Below, piece by piece: positions 1 to 8,742 of a stretch of 64,000 bases of DNA (its first letter is position 1; each line of letters opens with the position of its first letter). The translations under genes were made by a program, and so were the position numbers. The notes under the pieces were generated by a model, which searched no databases, had not been told where the DNA came from, and was given only the letters and a program-made list of their open reading frames with translations. Source of the stretch: Pseudomonadota bacterium (lineage in GTDB: Bacteria; Pseudomonadota; Gammaproteobacteria; Pseudomonadales; Oleiphilaceae); assembly GCA_002747395.1 (NCBI GenBank), contig PDPE01000031.1:37812-101811 (forward strand), written 5' to 3'.

Positions 1-2402
1 CAACCCTGCCCTCTTATTTGAATGCAATCACCGGAAACGGTGTGCACGTCATTACGGTTAACGATTATCTCGCCCGCCGGGATTCCCAATGGATGACGCC
101 ACTTTTCGAATACCTGGGAATGACAGTGGGTGTGATCCTGTCCGGTCAGCAAGGCGAAGAAAAGAAACAGGCATACCAGGCTGATATCACCTACGGTACC
201 AACAACGAATTCGGTTTTGACTATCTGCGCGATAACATGGCTTTCAGCAAAGAAATGAAGGTACAGCGGGGTCTTCATTACGCTATCGTCGATGAGGTTG
301 ACTCGATATTGATCGACGAGGCCCGTACCCCTCTGGTGATTTCCGGTGCGGTTGAGGACAGTTCCAGGCTGTACAAGCAAACCAATAAACTGATTGCCTC
401 ACTGAAACAGGCTGAAGTCAATGAAGAGGGTGAACCCGGTGAAGGGCACTATACCCTCGACGAGAAGAGCAAGAATGTCGAGTTGACTGAAGAAGGTCAC
501 AGCTTTGTTGAAGAGCTGCTTATCGAAAAGGGAATGCTGAACGAAGGTGACAGCCTCTACAATGCTGCAAATCTGAGTCTGTTGCATCATATTCACTCTG
601 CACTGCGTGCGCACAAGCTGTTCCAGCGAGATGTTGACTATATCGTGCAAAATGGTCAGATAGTCATTGTTGACGAGCACACAGGCCGAACCATGGCAGG
701 CCGTCGCTGGGGTGACGGTTTGCACCAGGCCATTGAAGCGAAGGAAAATGTTCAGATTCAGGCTGAAAGCCAGACGCTGGCCTCCACGACCTTCCAGAAT
801 TATTTCAGAATTTACGAAAAACTGTCGGGGATGACGGGAACCGCAGATACCGAAGCCTACGAGTTCAGACAGATATACGGTCTTGATGTGGTTGTGATAC
901 CGACCAATCAGCCGGTAAAAAGAACAGATTTCAATGATCTGGTTTACCTGACCCAGGAAGAGAAATTCCAGGCCATCATTGACGAAATCAGGGATACAGT
1001 AGCAGATCAGCGTCCGGTTCTGGTTGGTACAGCCTCCATCGAAGCGTCGGAATACTTGTCAAAACTGCTTAAAAAGGTCGGTATCAAACACAACGTTCTG
1101 AATGCCAAGCATCATGCCCAGGAGGCTCAGATTGTTGCCCAGGCGGGTGTTCCGGGGGCCGTGACCATCGCAACCAATATGGCCGGTCGGGGAACGGATA
1201 TTGTTCTTGGTGGCAACTGGGAAGCCGAGATCAGGGCGCTTGAAACACCGGATGAAGAAAAAATAGCAGCGATAAAGCAAGAATGGCAGCAGCACCATGA
1301 TACGGTTATTCAAAATGGCGGGTTGCACATTATAGGTACAGAGCGCCATGAATCCCGTCGTATTGACAATCAGTTGCGAGGCCGTTCGGGCAGACAGGGT
1401 GATCCGGGGTCGAGTCGTTTCTTCCTGTCCCTGGAAGATGACCTGATGCGAATTTTTGCATCGGATCGGGTGAAGAATCTTATGCAGGCTCTGGGCATGG
1501 AAAAAGGTGAAGCCATAGAGCATCGAATGGTCAGCAATGCGATTGAAAAGGCACAGCGTAAAGTCGAGGGTAGAAACTTCGATATTCGCAAGAGCCTGCT
1601 GGAATATGATGATGTCGCCAATGACCAGCGTAAGGTGGTATACGAACAGCGTAATGAGGTCATGGAGTCTGACGATGTGTCCGACATGTTCAAGGTAATC
1701 AGGGAAGATGTGGTTAACGATCTCATTTCCCGATCCATTCCGCCTCAAAGCCTGGAGGAACAGTGGGACATTCCCGGCCTTGAGCGAGCCCTGGAGACCG
1801 AGTGTGCGATTACACTGCCGGTTCAGCAATGGCTGGATGAAGATGACAGCCTGCATGAAGAAACGCTGAGGCAGAAAATTCTATCGCATATTGTCGAAGC
1901 CTATGAACAAAAAGAAGCTGTAGCGGGTGCTGAAACCATGCGTCGCTTTGAGAAAGAAGTGTTTCTTCAGGTGCTGGATACACTTTGGAAAGAGCACCTT
2001 GCAGCGATGGATCATTTGAGGCGGGGCATTCACCTTAGAGGCTATGCTCAGAAAAACCCCAAACAGGAATATAAACGGGAAGCGTTTAACCTGTTTGAAA
2101 CCATGCTGGAATCGCTAAAGTCTGATGTTATCAGGATATCCTGCCATATTCAGGTTCAGCAGCCGGAGCAGTTGGAAGAAATGGAGCGCCGACGCAAGGA
2201 GGAACTGGAGCAGCAGATGGCCAGTGCGAAAACAGTTCACGACCAGGGGACACCCCTGGACGAACAGGGAGAGTCGGGAGAGGAGGAAGGGAGCCCCCAG
2301 CAAACGCCCTTTACTCGCGAGGGAAGAAAAATCGGGCGTAATGAACCTTGCCCCTGCGGTTCAGGTAAAAAATACAAGCAATGTCATGGAAAGGCCAGCT
2401 GA
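1..2402 (+). CDS. secA: Preprotein translocase ATPase SecA (5' end upstream of window)
   Basis: The frame is open from base 3 ([27 protein letters not shown]). [19 protein letters not shown] motif present. C-terminal zinc finger [14 protein letters not shown] just before the stop at 2402. Confidence 0.97.
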   Translation, partial: TLPSYLNAITGNGVHVITVNDYLARRDSQWMTPLFEYLGMTVGVILSGQQGEEKKQAYQADITYGTNNEFGFDYLRDNMAFSKEMKVQRGLHYAIVDEVDSILIDEARTPLVISGAVEDSSRLYKQTNKLIASLKQAEVNEEGEPGEGHYTLDEKSKNVELTEEGHSFVEELLIEKGMLNEGDSLYNAANLSLLHHIHSALRAHKLFQRDVDYIVQNGQIVIVDEHTGRTMAGRRWGDGLHQAIEAKENVQIQAESQTLASTTFQNYFRIYEKLSGMTGTADTEAYEFRQIYGLDVVVIPTNQPVKRTDFNDLVYLTQEEKFQAIIDEIRDTVADQRPVLVGTASIEASEYLSKLLKKVGIKHNVLNAKHHAQEAQIVAQAGVPGAVTIATNMAGRGTDIVLGGNWEAEIRALETPDEEKIAAIKQEWQQHHDTVIQNGGLHIIGTERHESRRIDNQLRGRSGRQGDPGSSRFFLSLEDDLMRIFASDRVKNLMQALGMEKGEAIEHRMVSNAIEKAQRKVEGRNFDIRKSLLEYDDVANDQRKVVYEQRNEVMESDDVSDMFKVIREDVVNDLISRSIPPQSLEEQWDIPGLERALETECAITLPVQQWLDEDDSLHEETLRQKILSHIVEAYEQKEAVAGAETMRRFEKEVFLQVLDTLWKEHLAAMDHLRRGIHLRGYAQKNPKQEYKREAFNLFETMLESLKSDVIRISCHIQVQQPEQLEEMERRRKEELEQQMASAKTVHDQGTPLDEQGESGEEEGSPQQTPFTREGRKIGRNEPCPCGSGKKYKQCHGKAS

Positions 2403-2476
2403 CCGGGGTCAGCCGGATCGTGATATTGATGATTCGCACTTGTTATCAAAGTGTACGATTGGCAAATAGGTGATAT

Positions 2477-3706
2477 GTGGCTATAGGTGAAGAGGTGTTG
2501 CCGGAGTTTAACCAGGTGTCCGGTGTCAGGGTCGGGGTGGCGTGTGCCGGTATCAAGGTGGCTGGCCGGAAAGACCTCGTTATTTTTGAGCTGGCCGAAG
2601 GCTCCAATACTGCCGGGGTGTTTACTCAAAACCGGTTCTGTGCGGCACCTGTTACGGTCGCCAAAAACCACCTTGCAAGCTGTTCGCCCCGGTATCTTGT
2701 TATCAATACCGGTAACGCCAATGCAGGAACGGGTGAGCAGGGAATGAATGATGCCCTGGTGTGCTGCGCCCGGGTAGCCGAAAGTGCAAATGCATTGGCG
2801 GCAAAGGTGGTAAAAGAGCAGGTGCTGCCTTTCTCCACCGGTGTCATTGGTGAGCCCTTGCCCGTCAATAAATTGCTTGCCGCTATCCCCGGTTGTATGG
2901 AAAATCTGGCTGACAACCAGTGGGCTTCGGCTGCCGAAGGCATTATGACCACCGATACCCGACCCAAGGGCGCAACCCGAAAGGTGATGGTGAACGGGGT
3001 ACCGTTGAGCCTGTCGGGCATCAGCAAGGGCGCAGGAATGATTTGTCCTGATATGGCCACCATGCTGGCATTTGTCGCTACGGATGCAATCATTTCGGTT
3101 CACGCCCTCAATGGCTTGCTGGCCCGCGCTGTAGACAAATCGTTTAATCGGATCTCGGTGGATGGCGATACATCGACCAATGATGCCTGTATCTTGACGG
3201 CCACCGGCCAGACCGGACATGAGCTGATCGAGGGTACGCCGGAATTTGCGGAATTCGAGCGGGTTTTTACCGGGTTGATGATCGAACTGGCCCAGGCCAT
3301 TGTAAAAGATGGCGAAGGTGCTACAAAATTTGTCGAGGTAAATGTGGTTCAGTCCAATTCTGCCGACTCGGCATTAAAGATTGCCTACGCCATTGCCCAC
3401 TCCCCCCTGGTCAAGACGGCCCTGTTTGCCAGTGATCCGAACTGGGGAAGGATTCTTGCCGTGGTGGGCAGGGCCGGAGTTGCTGATTTGCAAATTGATA
3501 AAGTGAATATTTACCTTGGAGAACTCTGTATCGTATCCGATGGAGCGAGATGCCCTGACTATACCGAGGAGTCCGGCGTGAAGGCCATGTCGGATGACTG
3601 CCTGACAATACGTGTCGAGCTGGGGTTGGGGGATATGGCCGAGTCAGTATGGACAACCGATTTGTCCCATGATTATGTTACCATCAATGCCGAATATCGA
3701 ACCTGA
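2477..3706 (+). CDS. argJ: Bifunctional ornithine acetyltransferase / N-acetylglutamate synthase ArgJ
   Basis: 409-aa ORF with a GTG start. The N-terminus GVRVGVACAGIKVAGRKDL and the autoprocessing site PDMATMLAFVATDA are typical of the ArgJ family. Confidence 0.93.
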   Translation: MAIGEEVLPEFNQVSGVRVGVACAGIKVAGRKDLVIFELAEGSNTAGVFTQNRFCAAPVTVAKNHLASCSPRYLVINTGNANAGTGEQGMNDALVCCARVAESANALAAKVVKEQVLPFSTGVIGEPLPVNKLLAAIPGCMENLADNQWASAAEGIMTTDTRPKGATRKVMVNGVPLSLSGISKGAGMICPDMATMLAFVATDAIISVHALNGLLARAVDKSFNRISVDGDTSTNDACILTATGQTGHELIEGTPEFAEFERVFTGLMIELAQAIVKDGEGATKFVEVNVVQSNSADSALKIAYAIAHSPLVKTALFASDPNWGRILAVVGRAGVADLQIDKVNIYLGELCIVSDGARCPDYTEESGVKAMSDDCLTIRVELGLGDMAESVWTTDLSHDYVTINAEYRT

Positions 3707-3765
3707 TGGTTTTCAGGTCTGCCAGGGTTTTCAGGCCAGAATATTCATAGCCAGAGGTTTTTTGT

Positions 3766-4188
3766 TTGAAAATCATTCATGTGGCCGTAGCCGTGATTTG
3801 TCAGGGTCATGGTCGAGAGCAATCTGAAAAAGTGCTTGTCGCGAAGCGCCCCGACAATGTTCATCAGGGAGGGCTTTGGGAGTTTCCTGGTGGCAAGATT
3901 GAGCCTGGCGAGACGGTTCAGCTTGCGCTAATAAGAGAAATCGAGGAAGAGATCGGTATTCTTTGTGATGAGTCTGGCCTGACTCCGTTAACCAGAATAC
4001 GGCACGATTATGCAGACAAGGCGGTTCTCCTCGATGTCTGGCAAGTGGCTGCATTTTCCGGAAAGCCCTTTGGTAAGGAAGGGCAAACCGTTCGCTGGAT
4101 AGCTGTTTCGGATCTGGCCAACTATCGCTTTCCTGAAGCGAACCGGCAGATTGTTGCCTTGTTGCAATCAGGTATCCATCACAATTGA
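3766..4188 (+). CDS. mutT: Nudix hydrolase, MutT-type 8-oxo-dGTP diphosphatase
   Basis: 140 aa with a TTG start. Nudix box GGLWEFPGGKIEPGETVQLALIREIEEEIG. Lies near secA as in enterics. Confidence 0.85.
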   Translation: MKIIHVAVAVICQGHGREQSEKVLVAKRPDNVHQGGLWEFPGGKIEPGETVQLALIREIEEEIGILCDESGLTPLTRIRHDYADKAVLLDVWQVAAFSGKPFGKEGQTVRWIAVSDLANYRFPEANRQIVALLQSGIHHN

Positions 4189-4359
4189 CCTGTAACGGAA
4201 CGAGCAACCCGGTTGACCTGCGCCACAGGCCTCACAAGCGCTTTGCATTTGTACCGATGATGTCATTTTGACCCGGTTTCCCGCTACCCTAAATGCCTCG
4301 TTTCTGTTAGAATTTCGGCCCCCTTCAATGAGGATTGCCTCCACCAACCAGGATTAACC

Positions 4360-4974
4360 GTGTCCGAGATACAGTTTATTGCCAGTTGTAAATTGCCAAC
4401 CCCGTTTGGCGAGTTTGATATGTATGGTTTCGAAGATGAGTCCGGTAAAGAGCATATTGCGTTGGCGCTGGGTGAACTGGATGATGATTCACCGGTATTG
4501 ATGCGTACCCATTCGGAATGTCTGACCGGAGATGCGCTTTATAGTATGCGTTGTGACTGTGGCTTTCAGTTAAATCAGGCGCTGAAGTCGATTGCGGAAG
4601 AAGGTCGGGGTGTCATTCTTTACCTCAGGCAGGAAGGTCGTGGTATCGGTCTGCTGAATAAAATTCGAGCCTATCGTTTGCAGGATGAGGGCGCGGATAC
4701 GGTAGAGGCCAATGTACAACTCGGATTTGCTCCTGACCTTCGAGATTACCGGGTCTGCAAGGGAATGCTGAGGCATCTGGGGGTCACGTCGATTCGCTTG
4801 ATGACCAATAATCCAAAAAAAGTCAATGCGTTGAAAGAGTGCGGTATCGATGTTGTGGAACGGGTGAGTATCGAAGTGGGGCGCAACCCGCACAATGAGT
4901 TTTACCTCAATACCAAGGCGACCAAAATGGGCCATTACCTGGTGACGCACCAGGACGATGAGCCGGTTTCCTGA
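4360..4974 (+). CDS. ribA: GTP cyclohydrolase II
   Basis: 204 aa with a GTG start. Carries the [21 protein letters not shown] zinc/catalytic motif and the [17 protein letters not shown] motif. Confidence 0.93.
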   Translation: MSEIQFIASCKLPTPFGEFDMYGFEDESGKEHIALALGELDDDSPVLMRTHSECLTGDALYSMRCDCGFQLNQALKSIAEEGRGVILYLRQEGRGIGLLNKIRAYRLQDEGADTVEANVQLGFAPDLRDYRVCKGMLRHLGVTSIRLMTNNPKKVNALKECGIDVVERVSIEVGRNPHNEFYLNTKATKMGHYLVTHQDDEPVS

Positions 4975-5002
4975 TATTGACCTGTAAACCTGATTTGACT
5001 TC

Positions 5003-5007
5003 TTGTA
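5003..5007. repeat. Left copy of the 5-bp direct duplication TTGTA (candidate target-site duplication)
   Basis: TTGTA lies immediately outside the left inverted repeat. An identical pentamer lies immediately outside the right inverted repeat at 6713-6717. Confidence 0.7.
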
Positions 5008-5046
5008 GGCCCGGTTACCGCATAGCTGCATAAAGTGCCAACTTTT
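5008..5046. repeat. Left terminal inverted repeat (39 bp)
   Basis: GGCCCGGTTACCGCATAGCTGCATAAAGTGCCAACTTTT. The reverse complement of 6674-6712 is GGCCTGGTTACCGCATAGCTGTATAAAGTGCCAACTTTT, which differs at 2 positions. Confidence 0.85.
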
Positions 5047-5074
5047 GAAATAACATTGATTTTCCAGAAGGGAT

Positions 5075-5725
5075 ATGAGCAAGGCTATGGATAACGAACA
5101 AAAACAGGAACTGGCCGAACACTGGGCAAAAATGAAAGCATCTTATCGAACGGTCATTTTAATCTTTGTCATTTTGCTCGTCACTTCTTGTGGGAATGAA
5201 ACCAATGATCTGATTGTTCCCCAAAATACAATAAAGGAGTATGTTTGCAAACATACTGATAACATAAGAGAAGGTAGTGCAATTTATCGTAAAACAGATG
5301 AGCATGGTCAAGCTTTCGATTTTAAGATAATTTCGGTCATACGAGATAATCTTTATACGATCATTATGGAAAGCATTAACGATGTAAGTGTGCGACAGGA
5401 ATGGACTTATAGCTCATGTGAAGAGCCCTTACCGAGTAATCTGGACTCTTTGATTCAACAGGTTGTCTTGCATAATTTTAGCGTTGATAACGATTTTCCT
5501 CAAAGTGCTGACTGGATTCAAGAATGTGAGAGTTCTGTATCTGCTCAACTTAAAACTGACTATACACAATTCTGTAGAGTTTCCGATGCCAATTCACCCT
5601 GTTATTACGAAATTGAGACCGTCACAGATATCAACCAGGATTATCCGATAACAGGTCTAATTAACTACAGATCATACAATCCTGACTTCACACAAAGCAT
5701 AGAGCTTATTTCGTGGAGCCATTAG
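5075..5725 (+). CDS. Hypothetical Cys-rich lipoprotein (element cargo)
   Basis: 216-aa ORF. The internal Met at 5132 gives a classic lipoprotein signal MKASYRTVILIFVILLVTSC (lipobox VTSC). The mature part has 7 Cys and no family I recognise. The true start (5075 or 5132) is unresolved. Confidence 0.6.
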   Translation: MSKAMDNEQKQELAEHWAKMKASYRTVILIFVILLVTSCGNETNDLIVPQNTIKEYVCKHTDNIREGSAIYRKTDEHGQAFDFKIISVIRDNLYTIIMESINDVSVRQEWTYSSCEEPLPSNLDSLIQQVVLHNFSVDNDFPQSADWIQECESSVSAQLKTDYTQFCRVSDANSPCYYEIETVTDINQDYPITGLINYRSYNPDFTQSIELISWSH

Positions 5726-5791
5726 CCGGTTTTGAAAAGTAGATCGCAGGTCTCTGTGTGACATGATCTCGATAGATGAGATAGCTACGTA

Positions 5792-6007
5792 CTATATTTT
5801 ACATCTCTCAGATGCTGGCAACCATCTGTATAAAGTGGGTACCGAAACGCCCAAATCCCGGGCGACATCCTTTGGCGGAACCCCATCAGCGAAAAGACGC
5901 TTTGCTGACTTCAACTTTGACTCTGTCTTCGCTCTTTTACGACCTCCGATCCTTCCTCTTTTTCTTGCAGCATCAAGCCCTGCATTGGTTCGTTTCAATA
6001 ATAGCTC
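5792..6007 (-). pseudogene. Serine recombinase (resolvase/invertase) remnant: C-terminal HTH domain only
   Basis: KRTNAGLDAARKRGRIGGRKRA...GVPPKDVARDLGVSVPTLYRWL matches the linker plus HTH end of Hin/Tn3-type resolvases. An in-frame stop lies 4 codons upstream of the TTG at 5998. The roughly 120-aa catalytic domain is absent. Confidence 0.75.
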
Positions 6008-6016
6008 TCTATAACC

Positions 6017-6295
6017 TCACTCCTTGACAAGCGAAGTAAAATCAGACCATTGTTCGACCCTGAATGCACGAATGTCTCTCACGGAGTTCGGGAACCAGGA
6101 AAAACTTTTTAGCGCAGTGATTGCCCGGAACAGATTTGCCATGTCTTCATCATCGGTCACATACAAACTGTCTTGAACTCGATTGAAGCCAAAATTACTC
6201 AGCGAACTCCCGATATCGTTGTATGCCTGTGTCACCCCTTCAGGATGATGCTTTTCTGTTTCTGCGACAACCAGGTCAAATGCGATTGCAAACAT
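6017..6295 (-). CDS. vapD: VapD-family endoribonuclease (Cas2-fold toxin)
   Basis: 92 aa. MFAIAFDLVVAETEKHHPEGVTQAYNDIG...DMANLFRAITALK...VRDIRAFRVEQWSDFT closely follows the VapD sequence pattern (MYAIAFDL...HP.G..QAY.DI...DIRAFR.EQWSDFT). Confidence 0.85.
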   Translation of the reverse strand: MFAIAFDLVVAETEKHHPEGVTQAYNDIGSSLSNFGFNRVQDSLYVTDDEDMANLFRAITALKSFSWFPNSVRDIRAFRVEQWSDFTSLVKE

Positions 6296-6301
6296 AATGC
6301 T

Positions 6302-6502
6302 TTAATGAGCAACAGGATCATTTTGGACTTTGGAGAACTTGTACTCGATCTCTTCGCCAGTTTCAGCAATCCGTATAAGAACCAACCAGTCGTTGTCATC
6401 CAATTTTCGAACAGGGGAGCAAATCTTGTAGGTCGGCCCAAATTCACCGAACTGGCGAAATTGTCCAAGCAATTCAGGTGACGGGAATAAACTGTCCGGC
6501 AT
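6302..6502 (-). CDS. Small protein upstream of vapD (candidate antitoxin / VapX-like partner)
   Basis: 66 aa. A GAGGT SD lies 5 nt before the ATG. Its stop is 6 nt before the vapD ATG, which suggests a bicistronic TA-like arrangement. I recognise no family by eye. Confidence 0.55.
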   Translation of the reverse strand: MPDSLFPSPELLGQFRQFGEFGPTYKICSPVRKLDDNDWLVLIRIAETGEEIEYKFSKVQNDPVAH

Positions 6503-6673
6503 AGTAACCTCGAAATGCTATCAAAACCCGTGAAAGCGTATACAATTTATAATCTGGAATCAAGAGAGGTTTTTGATAACCAAATACAGTCTTTATGGCC
6601 ATTTTTCTGCCCCATCAGTAATGGCTCTTGAAAACGCTCGTTTTTGAGAATGCGGAATATCGAACTGAAATGT

Positions 6674-6712
6674 AAAAGTTGGCACTTTATACAGCTATGC
6701 GGTAACCAGGCC
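6674..6712. repeat. Right terminal inverted repeat (39 bp)
   Basis: AAAAGTTGGCACTTTATACAGCTATGCGGTAACCAGGCC is the inverted copy of 5008-5046, matching at 37/39. Confidence 0.85.
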
Positions 6713-6717
6713 TTGTA
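6713..6717. repeat. Right copy of the 5-bp direct duplication TTGTA
   Basis: Identical to 5003-5007 and directly abuts the right inverted repeat. Confidence 0.7.
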
Positions 6718-6742
6718 GAAGGGCAGGCCAATCCGTCTGCCT

Positions 6743-8587
6743 TTAACCCGCCGCTCCTGTGTCATTTCTCCGAGTCGCTCTGGTGCGAACCCGTTGCAAG
6801 TTCTCTCTGGCAGTTTTTTCGATAGACTGCCAGTCCAGTCCGCATAGCGAACGTAATTCAGCCTGCTTTCCGTGGGGCATAAACCGGTCGGGAATGCCCA
6901 GAATTTGCAATGGAGTGGAAACCCCCTGTTGACAGAGAAACTCGGCTACACCGCTGCCGGCTCCTCCCATCGCCGAGCCTTCTTCAATGCTTAGCAACAG
7001 TTCATGGTGTGCCTGTAAAGAAAGAATCAGGGAGCCATCCAGAGGTTTGACAAAGCGCATATCCACCACAGTGGCATCCAGTTTTTCAGCCGCTTTAAGT
7101 GCCTCGTGCAGCACAGTGCCGAAGCAAAGCATGGCGACGGATTTCCCCTCTCGAAGGATTCGGCCTTTGCCTGTTGGTAATGCCTTCATTTGCTGCTTTA
7201 TTTCTGCTCCATAGCCGACTCCCCTCGGGTACCTGACGGCCGCCGGCCCATTGTGGTGATAGCCGGTAAACAGCATTTGGCGGGTTTCATTTTCATCGCT
7301 TGGCGCCATGATAACCAAATTGGGAATGCAGCGCAGAAAAGCCAGGTCAAATGTGCCCGAATGAGTGGCGCCATCTTCTCCAACCAACCCGGCCCGGTCT
7401 ATGGCAAACAATACATCCAGGCCCTGAATGGCAACGTCATGGATCAGTTGGTCATAAGCGCGTTGCAGAAAGGTTGAATACATCGCGACAACCGGTTTGA
7501 CACCGTCACAGGCCATACCGGCTGCCAGTGTCACGGCATGCTGTTCGGCGATGGCAACATCGTGATAGCGGTCAGGAAAACGTTGGGCAAAGGCAACCAG
7601 ATCCGAGCCTTCTTTCATGGCAGGAGTGATTCCGACCAGCCTCTTGTCCTGTTCGGCCATATCGCAGATCCATTGACCGAAGACACCGGAAAATGTCGGG
7701 TGTGAGGGTGTTTTTCGGGTTATGGCTGTTCGGGTTGTGATGGTATCAGCAGATTTGGCCTCGATTTTGTTAATGGCATGGTAACCAATCGGATCTGCTT
7801 CCGCAGGGGCGAAACCTTTACCCTTTTTGGTAATGATGTGTACAAACTGCGGGCCACCTGATTCCGAAGCCGTTTGCAAACTGGCAATCATGGCGTGAAT
7901 ATCATGTCCGTCTATGGGGCCAGTGTAGTGGAAACCCAATTCTTCAAACAGGATGCCTGGATTCGTGGAATTGCAGTAATTGGACAGGCCGCCCACATTG
8001 TTGGAAATCGACATGTCGTTATCGTTCAGTATGACCAGCAAATCTGCCTGTTTGTCTCCGGCATGGTTTAACGCTTCAAAGGCCATTCCCGCAGTGATGG
8101 CACCGTCACCAATGACGGCAACCGCCTTCCTTTTTTCTCTGGTGATTTCTGATGCAAGTGCCATTCCAAGTGCTGCACTGATTGATGTGCTGGAATGGCC
8201 GGTTCCGAAACAGTCGAAGATGCTCTCGTCACGTTTCGGAAAGCCGGACAAGCCTTCGATATGTCGGATATGCTGCATTTGCTCCCGGCGCCCGGTCAAA
8301 ATTTTATGCGGGTAGGCCTGATGCCCGACATCCCAGATGATTCGATCAACAGGCGTATTGAATACATAATGCAGTGCTATGGTCATCTCGATAACGCCAA
8401 GCCCTGCACCAAAATGCCCACCGGACTTACCGACGCAATAAAGCAGGTAAGCTCGCAACTCGCAGGCCAGACTGTCCAGTTGATTCGCTGAAAGCAGGCG
8501 AAGTTGTGCCGGAGAGTCAATACGATTCAACAGGGGGGTATCGGGTCTCTGATCGGGTATTTCGTGAAACAGTTGTGTATAAGACAT
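6743..8587 (-). CDS. dxs: 1-deoxy-D-xylulose-5-phosphate synthase
   Basis: ThDP motif [18 protein letters not shown]; also [20 protein letters not shown] prefer the ATG at 8587 ([11 protein letters not shown]) over the TTG at 8602 from the ORF track, but the start is uncertain. Sits in the xseB-ispA-dxs order. Confidence 0.95.
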   Translation of the reverse strand: MSYTQLFHEIPDQRPDTPLLNRIDSPAQLRLLSANQLDSLACELRAYLLYCVGKSGGHFGAGLGVIEMTIALHYVFNTPVDRIIWDVGHQAYPHKILTGRREQMQHIRHIEGLSGFPKRDESIFDCFGTGHSSTSISAALGMALASEITREKRKAVAVIGDGAITAGMAFEALNHAGDKQADLLVILNDNDMSISNNVGGLSNYCNSTNPGILFEELGFHYTGPIDGHDIHAMIASLQTASESGGPQFVHIITKKGKGFAPAEADPIGYHAINKIEAKSADTITTRTAITRKTPSHPTFSGVFGQWICDMAEQDKRLVGITPAMKEGSDLVAFAQRFPDRYHDVAIAEQHAVTLAAGMACDGVKPVVAMYSTFLQRAYDQLIHDVAIQGLDVLFAIDRAGLVGEDGATHSGTFDLAFLRCIPNLVIMAPSDENETRQMLFTGYHHNGPAAVRYPRGVGYGAEIKQQMKALPTGKGRILREGKSVAMLCFGTVLHEALKAAEKLDATVVDMRFVKPLDGSLILSLQAHHELLLSIEEGSAMGGAGSGVAEFLCQQGVSTPLQILGIPDRFMPHGKQAELRSLCGLDWQSIEKTARENLQRVRTRATRRNDTGAAG

Positions 8588-8640
8588 TGGTGCTCGGGTC
8601 AAGGGAAGCTCGGCTGGAAGCCACTACCATGCTACAAAAA

Positions 8641-8700
8641 AGTTGGTTAAACGAGTCTTTGGTTAACTGGCTGTTGGTTGAAAGAGTCGCTGGTTCAGTG
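8641..8700. repeat. Four (T/C)TGGTT cores at about 15-16-bp spacing in the ispA-dxs spacer
   Basis: TTGGTT occurs at 8643, 8659 and 8674, and CTGGTT at 8690. Confidence 0.5.
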
Positions 8701-8742
8701 CATAAGTCTATGCGTGTTCTATCTCCGGTTCAGTGGTTCGGA

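Larger units (their letters stand above)
5008..6712. mobile_element. Transposase-less element bounded by 39-bp terminal inverted repeats (decayed or non-autonomous Tn3-family-like element)
   Basis: 39-bp inverted repeats matching at 37/39, flanked by the direct repeat TTGTA. The interior is visibly A+T-richer than the flanking ribA and dxs (not computed). Cargo: a lipoprotein gene, a resolvase remnant, vapD and a partner ORF. No transposase ORF is present. Confidence 0.7.

Noticed and set aside
4189-4359. Looked for an FMN (RFN) riboswitch upstream of ribA.
   Set aside because: No conserved RFN core sequences or multi-stem architecture are visible. Only a plausible sigma-70 promoter is present (TTGACC ... 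TGTTAGAAT).
5008-5046. Considered that the 39-bp inverted repeats mark a Hin-type invertible segment, given the recombinase remnant.
   Set aside because: Invertase crossover sites are shorter (about 26 bp) and are not accompanied by a flanking 5-bp direct duplication. The recombinase also lacks its catalytic domain. A transposon-end interpretation fits better, though inversion by a trans-acting recombinase is not excluded.
6547-6765. 72-aa minus-strand ORF spanning the right inverted repeat of the element and the 3' end of dxs.
   Set aside because: It crosses the element boundary and overlaps the dxs stop region. It has no SD and its sequence has no recognisable motif. It is most likely spurious.
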